DNA of 54,214 bases, the filler included, from Sluysia triapertura (lineage: Eukaryota), in NCBI GenBank assembly GCA_046118255.1. It is 4 parts of 4 records of this genome, joined end to end, with 100 filler letters (N's around TTAATTAATTAA, not from the genome) between each part and the next. Parts side by side here need not be neighbours in the genome. Positions count along the whole stretch, not along the records: positions 37,603 to 54,214 come from JBJNIA010200042.1; 3 more parts are not named here. One strand, 5' to 3'. The notes below the pieces were generated by a model, which saw only the letters and a program-made list of their open reading frames with translations, did no database searches and was not told where the DNA came from. Made by a program: the position numbers and the translations under genes. Numbering within the stretch: the stretch's first letter is position 1; each line of letters begins with the position of its first letter. This document shows positions 38,531 to 51,727 of the stretch, one piece after another.

Positions 38531-40237
38531 TATTAAATAAGATATTGACTAAATTTAAAAATTTTGTAGTTAAAGTTATTCAAGTCAAATACATTAAACA
38601 ATTAATTTAGTCTGCGTTGCAAGAAAATAAAAGGATGAAATTTGAACGCAGTTTAACATACTTTAACACTTTGGTACATATTCTTACACAAAATTTAGTA
38701 GCCGTTGAATTTGCTATTACTGTTACAGATCTTTTACTTTATGCATTTCTTGTTCCAAAAACTTTAATATAAACTTCAAATAATCGTGTGTAATTTGAGG
38801 CTTAGCTTTTAAGATACTTAACTCGCGGCAAAGTGTCGTCAATCTAAATTTATTCTACATGTGACGTTTCAAGAGCTCTTATACGAAGTTTAGCATTCTC
38901 TTTACATTTTATTATAATTTTTTAGGGTTTAATTTGAAATTTACCTCATCTTGCAATGAAGCCAATATTTCTGGATTGTTCATATGTTCTTCTGTAATTG
39001 CATTCAAATCATTGTTTATATTAAACTTAGATATTTTATTTTCGTTATTCATTTTACCTTCAATTTAAAAAAGTATCAGAATTGTAAATTTTGAAGGTAT
39101 TTTAATTTATTTAACGTTTTTCATGTAATGAATGTTTACTGAATGTGTCATCTTGATCATCCGGATTCATTCCTAAGTCTGTAATAAAATTATTATGATC
39201 AAAAGTGACATCATTTTTGTTACGTCACGAGCATTGTTTTAATCATGTTGTACTAGTCTATGCATCTCGCAAGGTCCTATATTAGCTTGTGGTGTTTATT
39301 TGTAATAGCTTTTAGTGTTGCTATTAATTTATTCAGGACTATCTTTCAGAGTGTAAATTCATTGAAATATAATTAAATATCTTCATGATTTAAGTTCGGA
39401 TTATTATTTTTTGTATGATGAAAGTACATCTGGCGAGATACATTGACAACGATCTGAAGTGCCATTTCTAAAGTAAAGTTAATTTACTCGAGTCAGTTTA
39501 GCTTATAATAAAGACGGTGATAGTATTAATATTCTTCTACTATCAGTAACAATAAAATGAATATAATAAATTATAATTTTGTTCAGAAGTTTATGTGCGA
39601 TTTCATTATCATTGTAAATTGTGTAAAAGTAACGTTGAAAGCTTTTAAGATGTTAAATGTGAGGTAAATTTACGTGTTTGAATTAACCTTAATCGTACGC
39701 TATTTATATTGATTTGTATTACTTGCCGGACGGAATTAATTTGCAAAAGGTGTGATCAGGTGCAAATATTTACTTAAAATAACATAGCTCACGTACTATT
39801 TACACTAGATTTATGAAACAAAAACGAAATTAAAGAGAATGGAATTTTCTATATTCCTATAATTCGGCAAACAACGAATACAAACAGTGGTTAATATATT
39901 AACCATTCGTACGATAAAGGTTAATAATTTTATTGTTTATGGTGTGAAATAAAGTTTTGTTTTGGAATAAAATGAATAAAATTAAGCGAAATAAGTTGTA
40001 TCACCAAAATTATAATTTTGCGTTGCTATAACGCTATTAATATCATATTTTCTTATTTTTAAAATACATCTTTATTGTCATGAAACAATTATATTAACTT
40101 AAACTTCATTAATATTGACCACGTAATTGTTAATTAAACATTAATTAAAAGAAACGAAAATGCAAGTAAAAGTATTATATTAAATTAAAGCAGAAAATAA
40201 ATTGTACTTATTTAATTTTTCAAAATGTGTTATGCAA

Positions 40238-41400
40238 TTATTCAAAAAAAACGGGACTAACCGAATCATCTCTGGATATATATTCCGGTAGAGTGTGTAG
40301 AGTGTCAAATAATCCATTATCACCAGCATCTGTATAGTAACCATCTGTACGACCAGTACTTATCATACCTTCTAATTCTAAATTCCGAGGAGTGTTATCA
40401 TTATCCTCCCATTTTTCTGATGATATAGTAACCAACTCTTGGGTTGGAATTGTTCTATTTGAATCGCAAACACCATTACTACGTGAACTGGCTTTACCAC
40501 TATCATCTGTTATTAATAAATTTGTAGCAATTGTTACATCATTCGCATTATCAGCATTGGTATCATTACCGAAAACGGTTTCTTTAGGAATACTTTGTAA
40601 AATATTGTGCAAATTAAAACTACCATAAGTTGGTGATAATATTTCTTTCAGTCTTGATTTATTATTAAGTAAATAGTTTCGTAAAATTTTTTGCTTAATT
40701 TCATTTTTCAAAACATCAGATACTAATTGACAATCGTCTGTGTCTTGTAAATTTTGTTGAGTTAGGCCATCTGTTATAATTGAACTCATTTCTGATTCAA
40801 ATATTGGACCTGTTGGAACCGTAGCGCCAGGTTTCATAGTGGATACCAGATTTCGTTCTATGAAATTCATTTGTGTTTTTTTAGTAACCAAATTTTCATC
40901 ACAAACTTCAACATATTCACTTTCATTTTCCTGTTCTTTAGTTTCTACAATCGATATTGCTTCTTCCATTGTATGAAATGATTCATCATTAGAACTAAAT
41001 TGACATGATGATAGAAAATTATCTACTTTAGTTATTAAAATGTCATCATTTTCTTTGTTATCTGAATAATAATTGCGTGATGAGTGCATTTCGTTATCAG
41101 AATAATGTTCTTCTAACTCATTCGAATGATTTTTAATAGGTTCTGTTTCGTTCATTTGTTTATTGGTTATTTTATTGGATACGTAATCTGTCATTTGTTG
41201 AGTATTTGTGTTAAGACTGGTACAAGTTTCTGTTTCATTCATTATATTTGTTTCAAATGATAACTTTTTAGATAACGATTCTAGAAAATTTTCATAATCA
41301 CGAATAGAATTATGCTTTGGTTCCAATACTTTTGTAATAGGTGTAATATCTTTTGTAATAGGGGTAGCTGATATTTGTACAATTTCATTGATCTTATTTT
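40238..41400 (-). CDS. Host gene of unknown function, last coding exon (7 of 7 visible)
   Basis: Acceptor TTTTCTTCAG, phase 1, open through the 362-aa ORF to TAA at 40238; acidic Ser/Thr/Asn-rich. Confidence 0.8.
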
Positions 41401-44269
41401 CTGAAGAAAAATAAGAAAATGTATTTTGAATTACTTTAATGCTGCTTTTATCAAAACAAGGTAATATAAAAATATCTTTTCCTTTTCAAAAAATTTGTTT
41501 TCAACATAATTAATATCATGTGTTATGTGCGAAACTTTTGATGTTTTACCAAAGTAAATTTTAAGTTAGAGATCAAAGATAACAATAAAATAGTTTTTAT
41601 GAAATTTAATAACTTTACCTTCACTGCCTATAGATTTCAAAAGTTCTAAAACTTCTTCCGGAATTTCAGATATTATATTTATAAAAAATCGCTATTGCCG
41701 ATTTTATTTGAAGATCTAACATCCAATTCTTCAAATGCATTTCTAATTCAAACGAATAATCAACTATGTTGTCATGCTTTTGGTTGATCGTGTACTGACA
41801 CTAATTGATTCTGTTTTCTCTATTTTGAATGCGCCGTTTACTTATATTAAATGTTCTTGAATTTCCATTAGAATATTCTACGACCCCTAAATAAGATCTT
41901 TTAGTTATTTTTCATCATTAAAATTAGTACTATGGTGATTACGATCATTCCTTTCTTCAAATTAATATTTGTTTAGAGGTCGATAACCAGTGCTTAACAT
42001 AACATATTAAAACATCATCTTGTTTTAATGATGTGGTTTTCACAAGATCTCAGTCGATATTATATCGACATATAGATGAACGGGCTATTATGTATACGGT
42101 TTTATGTTTCTTCCGAATTTCTAATATTCGTATTACTACCAAATTAAACTACAGAATCATGAATAAACATTTTTCATTAAATTCACACATGGGAACAACT
42201 ATCCTTTTCGTTGATTTGAATATATTACTAAAATTTCCAAATGACCTTGCATAAACGAGAAATTTAAAGTTTTGTAGATAATCAAACGTAATGGATATAA
42301 ATATAACCATCTAAATAGTAAGACTAATTTCTAGCATTCCCAAAAACCAAAAATAAAAATCTTTTGTGGTACTTCTATATTTTTAATTACAATAGTTACT
42401 CTACCTAAATAATTTTAATTTAAACCATCGAAATTCTAACTCAATTATCTCAATTCTTCAAATTTTGTCACTTAAATTTCTAATTTGATACTTCTTATAA
42501 CCACTTTTCAATCTTTTGGAATAATGAGTTAACATTCGAAAGGGCAATTACAAAACTTGGAGACTGACCCGTTAGTACCGACAGATTATTTATTAAACAA
42601 CATACTTATGATATGATATTTAAGTAAATATGTAGCATTATTATAATAAACAAAATTAACATTTTAAAATAAAATAATTAACAATACATAATCAAGAATT
42701 ATGTAAAATTATCACTTTTGAATTAAAGGCATTAATGAGTTATGTTCATTTCATTTGATACTGCAACACTGGAGCCAAATTTTAAATTTAGGAATGTTAA
42801 ATGCAATTACTTGCAGATCATATATGCCTTTATAAAACATTTATAAGAACAAAAACAAATAATAAGGATGAGAATGAAAATTGACATTAAAAATTCAAAA
42901 TAAAAATAGAATAATAATAATTAATAAATAGAAACAAAAATAAATTTTTTTAAATTAAAAAAAAATTTACAATATTATTTTTTTACAAATTCGTAAATTT
43001 TGATTTTTTATTGCAATAAATTTAATATATCGAAGGTTAAGTAAGGTTGAAGATGATTTTAGAGTTATAGCAGCACAATTATAAAACTAAAACTTTACTA
43101 AATATTACTAAAACGATTACGAGAAAATACTACTTTTTCAATTTTAATAACTTTTTTTAGTTTAAATTATATTAAACAAAAAATAACCAATATTTTGTAC
43201 AAGCAATAATTTAATCATAAATAAAATGTAATTGCAATTATTCGAATTACAAAGAAACTGAAGATGTAGATGTCAAACATTAGACTGATGCATGCAAAGA
43301 ACGATTTTATACGTATACTGATAAAAGCAAAGAAAAGTAAAGAAGATCTGGATGATAAGAATATCCAAGAAAGTTATCATATGGCCTATAAAAATATGAA
43401 TCAACTTAAGCATCCCATTTACATTAGTATCATTTTTGCTTTTTGTTTTTTACGTTGTTGGTTAAGAGATTATCAAGCAAAATGACAAATCGAATCAAGT
43501 CTAAAAATATTTATGTGAACCTAACACTTGAGTGGCAGTTTCAATTAGTACAGATGCTTTTATTGAATTCCATCATATCAAATTCACTGATTATCTCAGA
43601 AAACGTATCGGGTTATGAAAATCCTAAGAATCATGTTGATCATTTGGCAAGCAATTCTAAGGATAATTTTGGAATGGAATTTGTTACAATTTTATTTACT
43701 GACGATCTCGATGGTGACAAAAAAACTGTATATTTGTTTAATTTTTGAGTATGATTATTAATTTATGTTTTAATTTATATATGTTGAATTTTTGTCCGAT
43801 GTTTTTGAGTTAATTTGCCAACATAATTTTGTACAACTTTGTTGCTAGGCCTTAAGCCAGTTTTTAAACCAGTTACCACACAAGATTTAAGTAATAAATT
43901 AAAATTTTTAATTCGATATTTAATTAAAATATCGAACAAATTTATGAAAGAAAATTTTAAAGATTAATAAAAATAAGAATTCAAAATATAATGCACATAT
44001 AATTTCATAAATAAAATGACAATAGTTTCCAAAATGCATCCCGCGGAAGTATTTTACATTGATAATTTGAAAGCTGTGATTAATAAAATGGACATTTTCA
44101 AAGCATGCAAAGTTATTACAATTAATGTAATATATGTTAATGATAATAGCTGAAGATGACATACCTAGTTGGAAAACAATTGATCTGTTATCCAGGAGAT
44201 ACTAAATTCTTTTGAAAATCTTTGGTTAATTATTTATTATTCAAAATATAACTTTTGCATAAAACTAAC

Positions 44270-44425
44270 CTTCTGCAGAAGATTTCTGTAATATATCATT
44301 GTTATATTCATTTTGAACCAGAGTGCTATCAAGATCAATAGTAGTTGTATTTAAATCATCAGTAACCACTGGTTCAGATGTATCTTTGAATTCTGACTCA
44401 GAAAAGCCATCAAAGTTGATTAGAT
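44270..44425 (-). CDS. Host gene exon 6
   Basis: TTTAATAG acceptor, GTTAGT donor, phase 1/1; DLINFDGFSESEFKDTSEPVV...KSSAE. Confidence 0.75.
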
Positions 44426-45693
44426 CTATTAAATAAGAATTATTATTACCACTCTATTAAAATTAAAGCAAAACAATGAAAATTTTTGCATGAAATTTTC
44501 CATCTTACTATTTAAATGCAATAACATTTTAGAGGATTATTATTAAAAACAATTTTAATAATACATTAGCTACTTATTAATAATGAAAAGCCAGTATAAT
44601 GTGGAAAAATATGATTTATAAAATTTTATGGTTGTCATATCGAAACAATAATTGGTGTGATTACAATAACACTTATTACTGAAGATAGTAAAATGAACTA
44701 CTTTAGTGGAATTCTGCAAATTATGAATAATTTTTTTAATTTTAATATAACAAATATGGTAGATTTCAATTGTCAATGAAATGTGTTCTTTTCGTGTACA
44801 ATAAATAATTAAAGTTATTCTACTTTTCATTACTAAAACGATTTTGAACTTGTCGAAGAAAATTATATTTAAAAAGTTAGCCAACAGCTAAAATAATAAA
44901 AACTTACTGAAAATGCAGAAAAATTTCGTGAATTTACAATATAACTAATTAATAATAACAATTGTATTAGAACAGTGTTACATTATTTGTAACATCAATA
45001 ATGATATTCTCTATGGAAAACTCTATAGTTTATGTTCTATTGATAAATCCTTCAATTCTATTCTACTATAAATTTCTATTATACAGTTCTACTCTTTAAT
45101 TCTATTCTACAGTTAAATTTTATTGGACGGGCAGTTAATATCACATAAACGATTCTAGTATATGCATTGTTGTGATAATATAGCTACGTTCATCTATATA
45201 TATTAATAATTTGTTTTCTCTAACTATAGTTTGGCTGTATTATGCTGTCATTCATTCTATTCATTTAGTGGTTATGTGTTTATATGTTAGTATTGGATAT
45301 GTGTTTGTTAGTATTGGTTTTTCCACTTCTATTTTAATAAAAGCAATAAGGTCCTCTATCTTCCAGTGTTTCTGTCCTATCTGTAACATTTGCTACTTGC
45401 TAATTAAATGTCACGAGTCTATCTTTTATCCTCTTTCTTTTTCTCAGTATATTTAAGTATATTTTTTTAAAGCCATTGAGATATTTTATTAAAATTTCTA
45501 ATACATTAGTTTTTTAAATTCACTAGAAAATTTTTTCACAAAAAGTACTTTGAAAATAATAGTAGTAAAAGTAATTATAAATTCAATCACTAAAATGTAT
45601 TTTAAAATGTCTCTGATTTATAATATATAATTAAATCGTTTTTGTCTTGTAATTTTGATTACCCATTTAATTTTTTAAGAATATAATTTTAAC

Positions 45694-46170
45694 CTTGATC
45701 TGAATTGTTTAATTTTGATGTTAAGGTAATTTTAGTTATATCTTCGCACCAAACTGATCTTTTGTCGGATCCGTAAGATACCAAACTTCCATTACTTTGT
45801 AATGTAGTTGAATTTTTCTGTGATACGACTGATGTTGGTGTTTGATTCTTTAAGGATATTATTTGCGCAAAAGATTCATTTGAATGTCTCGTTGATGTAG
45901 GATGACAATTAATTAAAGATTTGACGCTTGATTCTGATTGAGTGGAATGAAAAGATGATTTAATTGGTTGTTCAGGAATAGATTTCAAGGACTGCAAAGA
46001 TGTTGATGTTAATGAAGATGTTGATGAAGATGTTGATGTTGATGAAGTTTGAGAAAATTGTTGATATTGTTCTAATAAGTCCCGAAGATCGATTTTAGTT
46101 AAATCTCGTTTAAACCACGAAGGTAGTTCGGAAGATATGTGAGAATTATCAAGCAAATCTAAATTCTTAA
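45694..46170 (-). CDS. Host gene exon 5
   Basis: TTTTTAACAG acceptor, GTTAAA donor, phase 1/1; covers the Ser/Thr-rich ORF 45689..46156. Confidence 0.75.
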
Positions 46171-46269
46171 CTGTTAAAAATCATACTTAAATAGGTTAAA
46201 TACTAGAAACTATATTTTATACAGAAAATCAAAGAACATGTAACTCTTGTTCTTCATTTTTAAAACATT

Positions 46270-46910
46270 TCATTATGAAAATTTAAATTTTATATGAAAG
46301 TTCATTTCAACAATATTTATTAAAACCCTTTAATTATGTATGCCATCAAGTGATGACAAAAGCAAATTCACATGAAACTCAGAGTTAATAAGCGACTTTA
46401 AAATGTTACTTACTTCAACATTGACACTTACAGACAAAACTTTTTGAAATTAATAAGTGTTAAGATATATTTCATTTTGGTTTAGAATCTATTTTTGTAT
46501 CTTGGCTTTTATCTTCTAGCTAAATTTTAGAAAAACACTGAACATTTATTTTTGCGGGTCTCACAGACGAAGTAAATTTTACAAAGTTGTTTTATAGATA
46601 ATGTTTCATCTACTGGAATATTTCAAAATTTTCCATATCTGTTCCAATAAAACAATATAAGTATCTGTAAGTCACACACATGTTGGAAACAAATTAGTAC
46701 CATTATTGAGATCAATTTGGTTAGCAAATACTAAAGGACATGAAAATCATGATACAGTTACTATAACTATAAAAATCCTACCTATTTACCTTTATCATCT
46801 TCATCATCTATAAACAATAAGTTAAAATTCGTGATGATTCCGAACAACCCATTTATTTTTCAATCGGAAACAAGACACGTTTAACTATTCATTTACGAAA
46901 AAAGACAATG
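46270..46910 (+). pseudogene. Polinton/Maverick minor capsid (penton) remnant
   Basis: HVGNKLVPLLRSI...NPTYLPL...KIRDDSEQPIYFSIGNKTRLTIHLRKK resembles the Polinton penton C-terminus (VGD..PLLR; P.Y.PL; IRD..G..I.F; TLHFR). 5' limit approximate. Confidence 0.7.
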
Positions 46911-47158
46911 ATTCCTGAAATTATTAAAGCTTAAAGTCAACTACAAATGGGTAATGAATTACTCGGAAGACTAACTTTTTCTAGTGAGAGATCGGTAGTT
47001 GAATTTGTGAAAAGAAATGCTATCAACGAAAAAGCTAGAGTACTTACCATAAATAATTAAGAAATTACTGAACACGGTATAATTCTTCTATTCAACCAAA
47101 CAATCGAAAAGGTTCTATATAACCGAAAAATAATTGAAACTACATTTAATAAAAAATA

Positions 47159-47610
47159 ATGAGTTGTGTAAAAACTGAATTATGTATTTTTTATTGTCCT
47201 CTTCAAATTGTTGTATAAAGTGCAGCTTTTCAAGAGATTAATCTTATCAAAACAATAAATTATGATGGTGATGTTGATTACTTTGATCTTAATGATACAT
47301 TATTATGCATTGAGTTGACATCATACGGTACAGATTTAACTGATAAAGAAGATGTTTCATAAATTATCATTTAATAATACTCAAATTGAACGTGAAAATT
47401 GTACTTATGCACAAAAAGCAATAATCAAAAATAGTCATTATTCTATTAACACTAAATGCTATTGAGTACGACTCAGATAAAAGTCGCAGAGTGCAATGGA
47501 TTGAAAAATCGAAAAAAATGCAACTAGGTGGTTCACTATTGTATTTTTTCGGTCAACTAAATTGCTGATTCCAGATGTAAAAATTGACTTGAAATTACAA
47601 AGCAATTAAT
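47159..47610 (+). pseudogene. Polinton/Maverick major capsid (double jelly-roll) N-terminal remnant
   Basis: MSCVKTELCIF..PLQ..FQEIN..GDVDYFDLNDTLL..FNNTQI..TYAQKAII..KLLIPDVKIDLKLQ is collinear with Polinton MCP motifs (KSELDLF; Y.DL..T.L; YAY.A.I; KLL.PGV.L.L). Confidence 0.75.
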
Positions 47611-49827
47611 CATTAAATAAAAAATTACCAATAAATTTCTCAAATTATATTAAATTAAATTATTTTAAATATTATGATTATTTCAGTTTTGATCCGATTT
47701 TTCTATTTTGCAAAATGTTATTTATTCTAGATTATTATAAAATACCCCTGACTGCGATTATCATATTTTACCGTTATATTAAATTTCTTGAGTTTTAATA
47801 AATATTATGAACGTTTAACTTTGGAAATTATTTTAAGTAACTTTGTCTTTATAAACCAATTGGAAGTTGGTTCAGAACATTTCTCTGATGGAAGAGATGG
47901 AAATTCAAATTTTAATAGTTAAATTAAGCTAGTTTCAAATCCCGATACTCACAAATAAATTAAATGCTTATTTATTATTAAAATATGTTTATACGTAAAT
48001 ATACGTAAACATAATTCATGAAAAAAGGGCCACAAGAAATTGAATATATACGTTAATTCTTTGCAAATTTCATTCCACTTCTATGTACCATAACCTCTAT
48101 GTAGGTAACTAAAATTCATCTACCAAAATAGTCATCAAAAACTGGGTGTAATAATTTATCAAAATGTATCCAAATGATTTGGTCCAATACAATTCAAATT
48201 ATGATTGTATTTATTTCCTTGGTAGAGAAAATTATTGTGGTTTCAAATACAGAAAGCACTGCTTTGTGTAACGTCGTCTATTGATTGCACGACCAATAAA
48301 TTCATCGATATCATTCTATGACAATTCTTTAGAGATAATTTCTCCCTATAATTAAATTCAAATATAATTAAATTCTTGTTAATACGATGTAAATGATTCT
48401 AATACGTGCATTATCGTGATGGTGTGCTAAATTTCAATTTCTTAAGAACAAAACAGTAAAGAAACATTTCCACTTCAACTAAAACAATTCTAATATTGTA
48501 AGTTATTTACTCACATATAATTTGGTAATCCCATTTATTTTAAATCATTATCATTCAGTAGAAACACGTTGTCTCTGATTTCTTTCAGAGTGTAAGTGAG
48601 AATTTTCAGCATAATTTCATTTGATTTACTCAAAAAACAGTACACTAAAATCTTTTCCAAAAAGACTATTTGGTTTTAATATAGCTTGAAATTTTCTTTA
48701 AATAATATTCAACATTTAACTTCCTTAAGTGGTAACAGAGAATACTTCCTTTAACTGCATATGAGTTCATTTCATTTCATATCACTTTTTATTGATGCTT
48801 GAAATGAATTTTTAGTCTGTGACAAGCTAACAAGTATTTTATAAAATAGTATAAAACTCTTTTTTAAGGAATTTTGTTGGTAAATTAAAATTTTATTGCA
48901 TATTCATGAAGGTATCAATAAAGAAGTTTAACGTTATTTTTAAAAGTATATAAAAATTTGCTTCTTTTTAGTAATATTATCTCATTGTGCTCATGAACTC
49001 CTCTTTTCATTGTATGAGTTTGTTTCCTAAGTACATCAAAAAAGAGTCTTTGTTACATTCATTTTACATCCTCTATTTCACATCTTCTCCAAAGCCAATA
49101 TCTATATATCTTAAAATATATTAGTAATTTTTACATAGCTAATATTTGAAGTATTTAAAGGTGAAAAACATACCAAAATGCATAATGTAAGACTATAAGA
49201 AAAGAATGGTTTTTAAAAAACATTGTATTAGTAGTTTTGAATTCGTAATATGGTTTTTAATTATAAAAATTAGTGGATAGAAATTACGGATCTATAAAAT
49301 TTTTATTATTTCATGTGGGTTTTTTAATTCTGGCCTAAAATTAGCACAAATGACATTATGGTATTGGTTACAACGCGAAAGTAAAATATGTTAATGTGTT
49401 AATGAAAATATGTACAAAGCAAACTAAATTATCTTCTAAATTTCGTGAAAAATAATAAATTCTTTTTTCGGGAAGTCTTTTAAAATAAATGATTAATAAT
49501 TTTGCATACTTTAATATACTTTAAAAATTTCAAACGTTTAAATTCAATGAAACTATTCATTATTAAAATAATGCATGATAAGCGAGGGAATTTTATACAA
49601 GTATTCAATATCCGGTTCAAATATTATTTAATATAAAATATTCATTTTTATTTATTAATTTTAGAGAACTTTTTATATAATTGCGATAATTTACAAAAAG
49701 GTTTTATTGCTAAATTCAATGTTAATTATTACATCCATATAGTTCAAATTTATGTTTTTGTAGAATTTCTTTTCATCAAGTTTATATACGAGAGATTAGT
49801 AATAATCTATTAAAATCAATGACTAAC

Positions 49828-49897
49828 TATTCTTGTCAACATTCTCAGGTGCTGAATCTTTGCATTGTTTATTATCCACTGCATCAAAAAATATCGT
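49828..49897 (-). CDS. Host gene exon 4 (70 nt)
   Basis: AATTCAG acceptor, GTTAGT donor; TIFFDAVDNKQCKDSAPENVDKN. It bridges phase 0 to phase 1 exactly as the flanking exons require. Confidence 0.7.
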
Positions 49898-49901
49898 CTG
49901 A

Positions 49902-49937
49902 ATTATTATTATAATTATTATAATTATAATTATCATA

Positions 49938-49982
<45 letters not shown>

Positions 49983-49994
49983 ATTATTATTATT
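49902..49994. repeat. (ATT)n microsatellite
   Basis: Directly visible; abuts the exon 4 acceptor. Confidence 0.9.
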
Positions 49995-50341
49995 GAAAAG
50001 TAATATTAAATTATTGCAGATATAAATTGATATTTTTACATTTTTAGATTTCTTGTAACATTTTATTTTACAAAATTTCCATTATGACAAGAAATCATTT
50101 ATTAGTGTTTGTAACTGTATCTGCATTAGTATGACCTAATTTCCGAAATTATCATATAAATGTTTATATAGAATAAGATAAAGAAAATGTGCACAAGAAT
50201 ACTTTCTAAGTTATTTGAAAAATTAATATTGACTTTAATATTATAATTAATCAAAATTATTGAAATCATAGTTTAATATTAAATAATATTAATATACATT
50301 AATATTAAGATAATATATTAAGTAAATATGCAAATTCTTAC

Positions 50342-50515
50342 TGAATCAAGAGAATCATTAGATAAATGTTTTTGTATAGTTATTAAATCGCTTAAATTAA
50401 CTTTACCATCCAGTTTATCTAATGCATTTTGCTGGAATTTCTGTATTTGCATCATATATTCCTCAGTATCACCGCTATTAGAGACTGTTTCATTGATTTT
50501 ATCATGTGAAATATT
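50342..50515 (-). CDS. Host gene exon 3
   Basis: TTTTTGTAG acceptor, GTAAGA donor, 58 open codons NISHDKINE...NDSLDS. Confidence 0.75.
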
Positions 50516-50590
50516 CTACAAAAATAGCATATATAAATATTAATAAATTAAGCTGTAAAATAGAAATATAAAACAATAGTCATGTATTAC

Positions 50591-50681
50591 TTCAGTTTCT
50601 TCATGTATATTGTCCAATATCGCTGCATTCTTAGCACTAAGAATCTGTTTAATTTTCAAATCTATTTCTTCGATACTTTTT
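50591..50681 (-). CDS. Host gene exon 2
   Basis: AATTCAG acceptor, GTAATA donor, phase 2/0; KSIEEIDLKIKQILSAKNAAILDNIHEETE; 75-nt intron to the next exon. Confidence 0.75.
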
Positions 50682-51566
50682 CTGAATTATACGTACAAAA
50701 TTAGGAAATTGTATTATAGAAAATTGCTTAGATATATAAATTGATCTAAAATTTGAACATATCTTTTGAAAAATTTTGGAATATAATAAAAACACACACT
50801 CTTATTAATATAATAAAACATAAAACATGAAACATAAACTTGATAATTATCTTGATAATTGATTAACAAGACTAATGTGGAATATCTTCGTACTCATTTA
50901 ATATTTTTAAACTCCTTGTGATTTGAATAAATAGAAAAGAAACACAATTGTAATGAATGTATGTCAATGAAATATGTTCAGTAATAACTGTTCAACCAAA
51001 ATTAAATGTCCAGTGGACCTCAAGGGTTAAGATTAATCTTAAACTGTTTCTCACCTTAAAGACTTAGAATGTTATTCAAACTTCATCAACTTCAGCATAA
51101 TAGGTCTTTAATGTAGATATATTTCTGTTTCATGTAGATTCCTGATTTTTTACATTTTTAAAAGCATACCTTATTATACTTTCATAAATTGCTAGTATTT
51201 TATTTTTACTGTGATTGCTGATCTATATTTTAGCATTAAAAGAATATTACTTTATCACTCCTTAACATTACTGAATAAATTTTCAAATATTATTTAAATA
51301 TTGTATTTTATACATTTTTTGATCTAAACATACTGAAGGTTTAGATCAGTGCATATTTTAAATACGACAAAAAGTTTACTTCACCTTGTATTGATAAAAT
51401 AGATATTATTTACGTTTTCTTTTATTCATTTGGTCTCATACTTCATCATCAAAATTTTACCTTCATTTTAAATGAACTAAAACTAATATTAAAATGATTG
51501 ACCGCGTGATTTTCTCATTAAAATTATAATGAAATCTGTTCTTGATTTGGTTTATAATTTAAAATT

Positions 51567-51567
<1 letters not shown>

Positions 51568-51625
<58 letters not shown>
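51568..51625. repeat. (AAT)n microsatellite
   Basis: Directly visible. Confidence 0.9.
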
Positions 51626-51627
<2 letters not shown>

Positions 51628-51727
51628 AGGATCTTATAAAGAGAAGATCATTCGAAATACATAAAAATTTGTTCACATTTTCAAATGTTTAATGTGTACT
51701 TATATTAAAAGCATATTCAAAACTAAC

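Noticed and set aside
39100-39700. Polinton adenain-like cysteine protease next to the ATPase
   Set aside because: No HW / FDS.G / Q...CG motifs could be recovered.
40392-40628. Plus-strand ORFs opposite real coding sequence (also 27727..28179, 30314..30547, 36437..37341, 50328..50543)
   Set aside because: Antisense shadows of minus-strand exons or pseudogenes.
48250-48430. HHDNAR...FIGR on the minus strand as a Tc1/mariner transposase
   Set aside because: No WP..SPDL motif or TIRs follow; too weak.
51005-51030. ...CAAGGGTTAA as a piggyBac-type terminus
   Set aside because: No partner TIR identified.
51461-51476. 16-nt micro-exon (TTTTAG-TTCATTTAAAATGAAG-GTAAAA)
   Set aside because: Exons 51728-51959 and 50591-50681 already join in phase; inclusion would frameshift.
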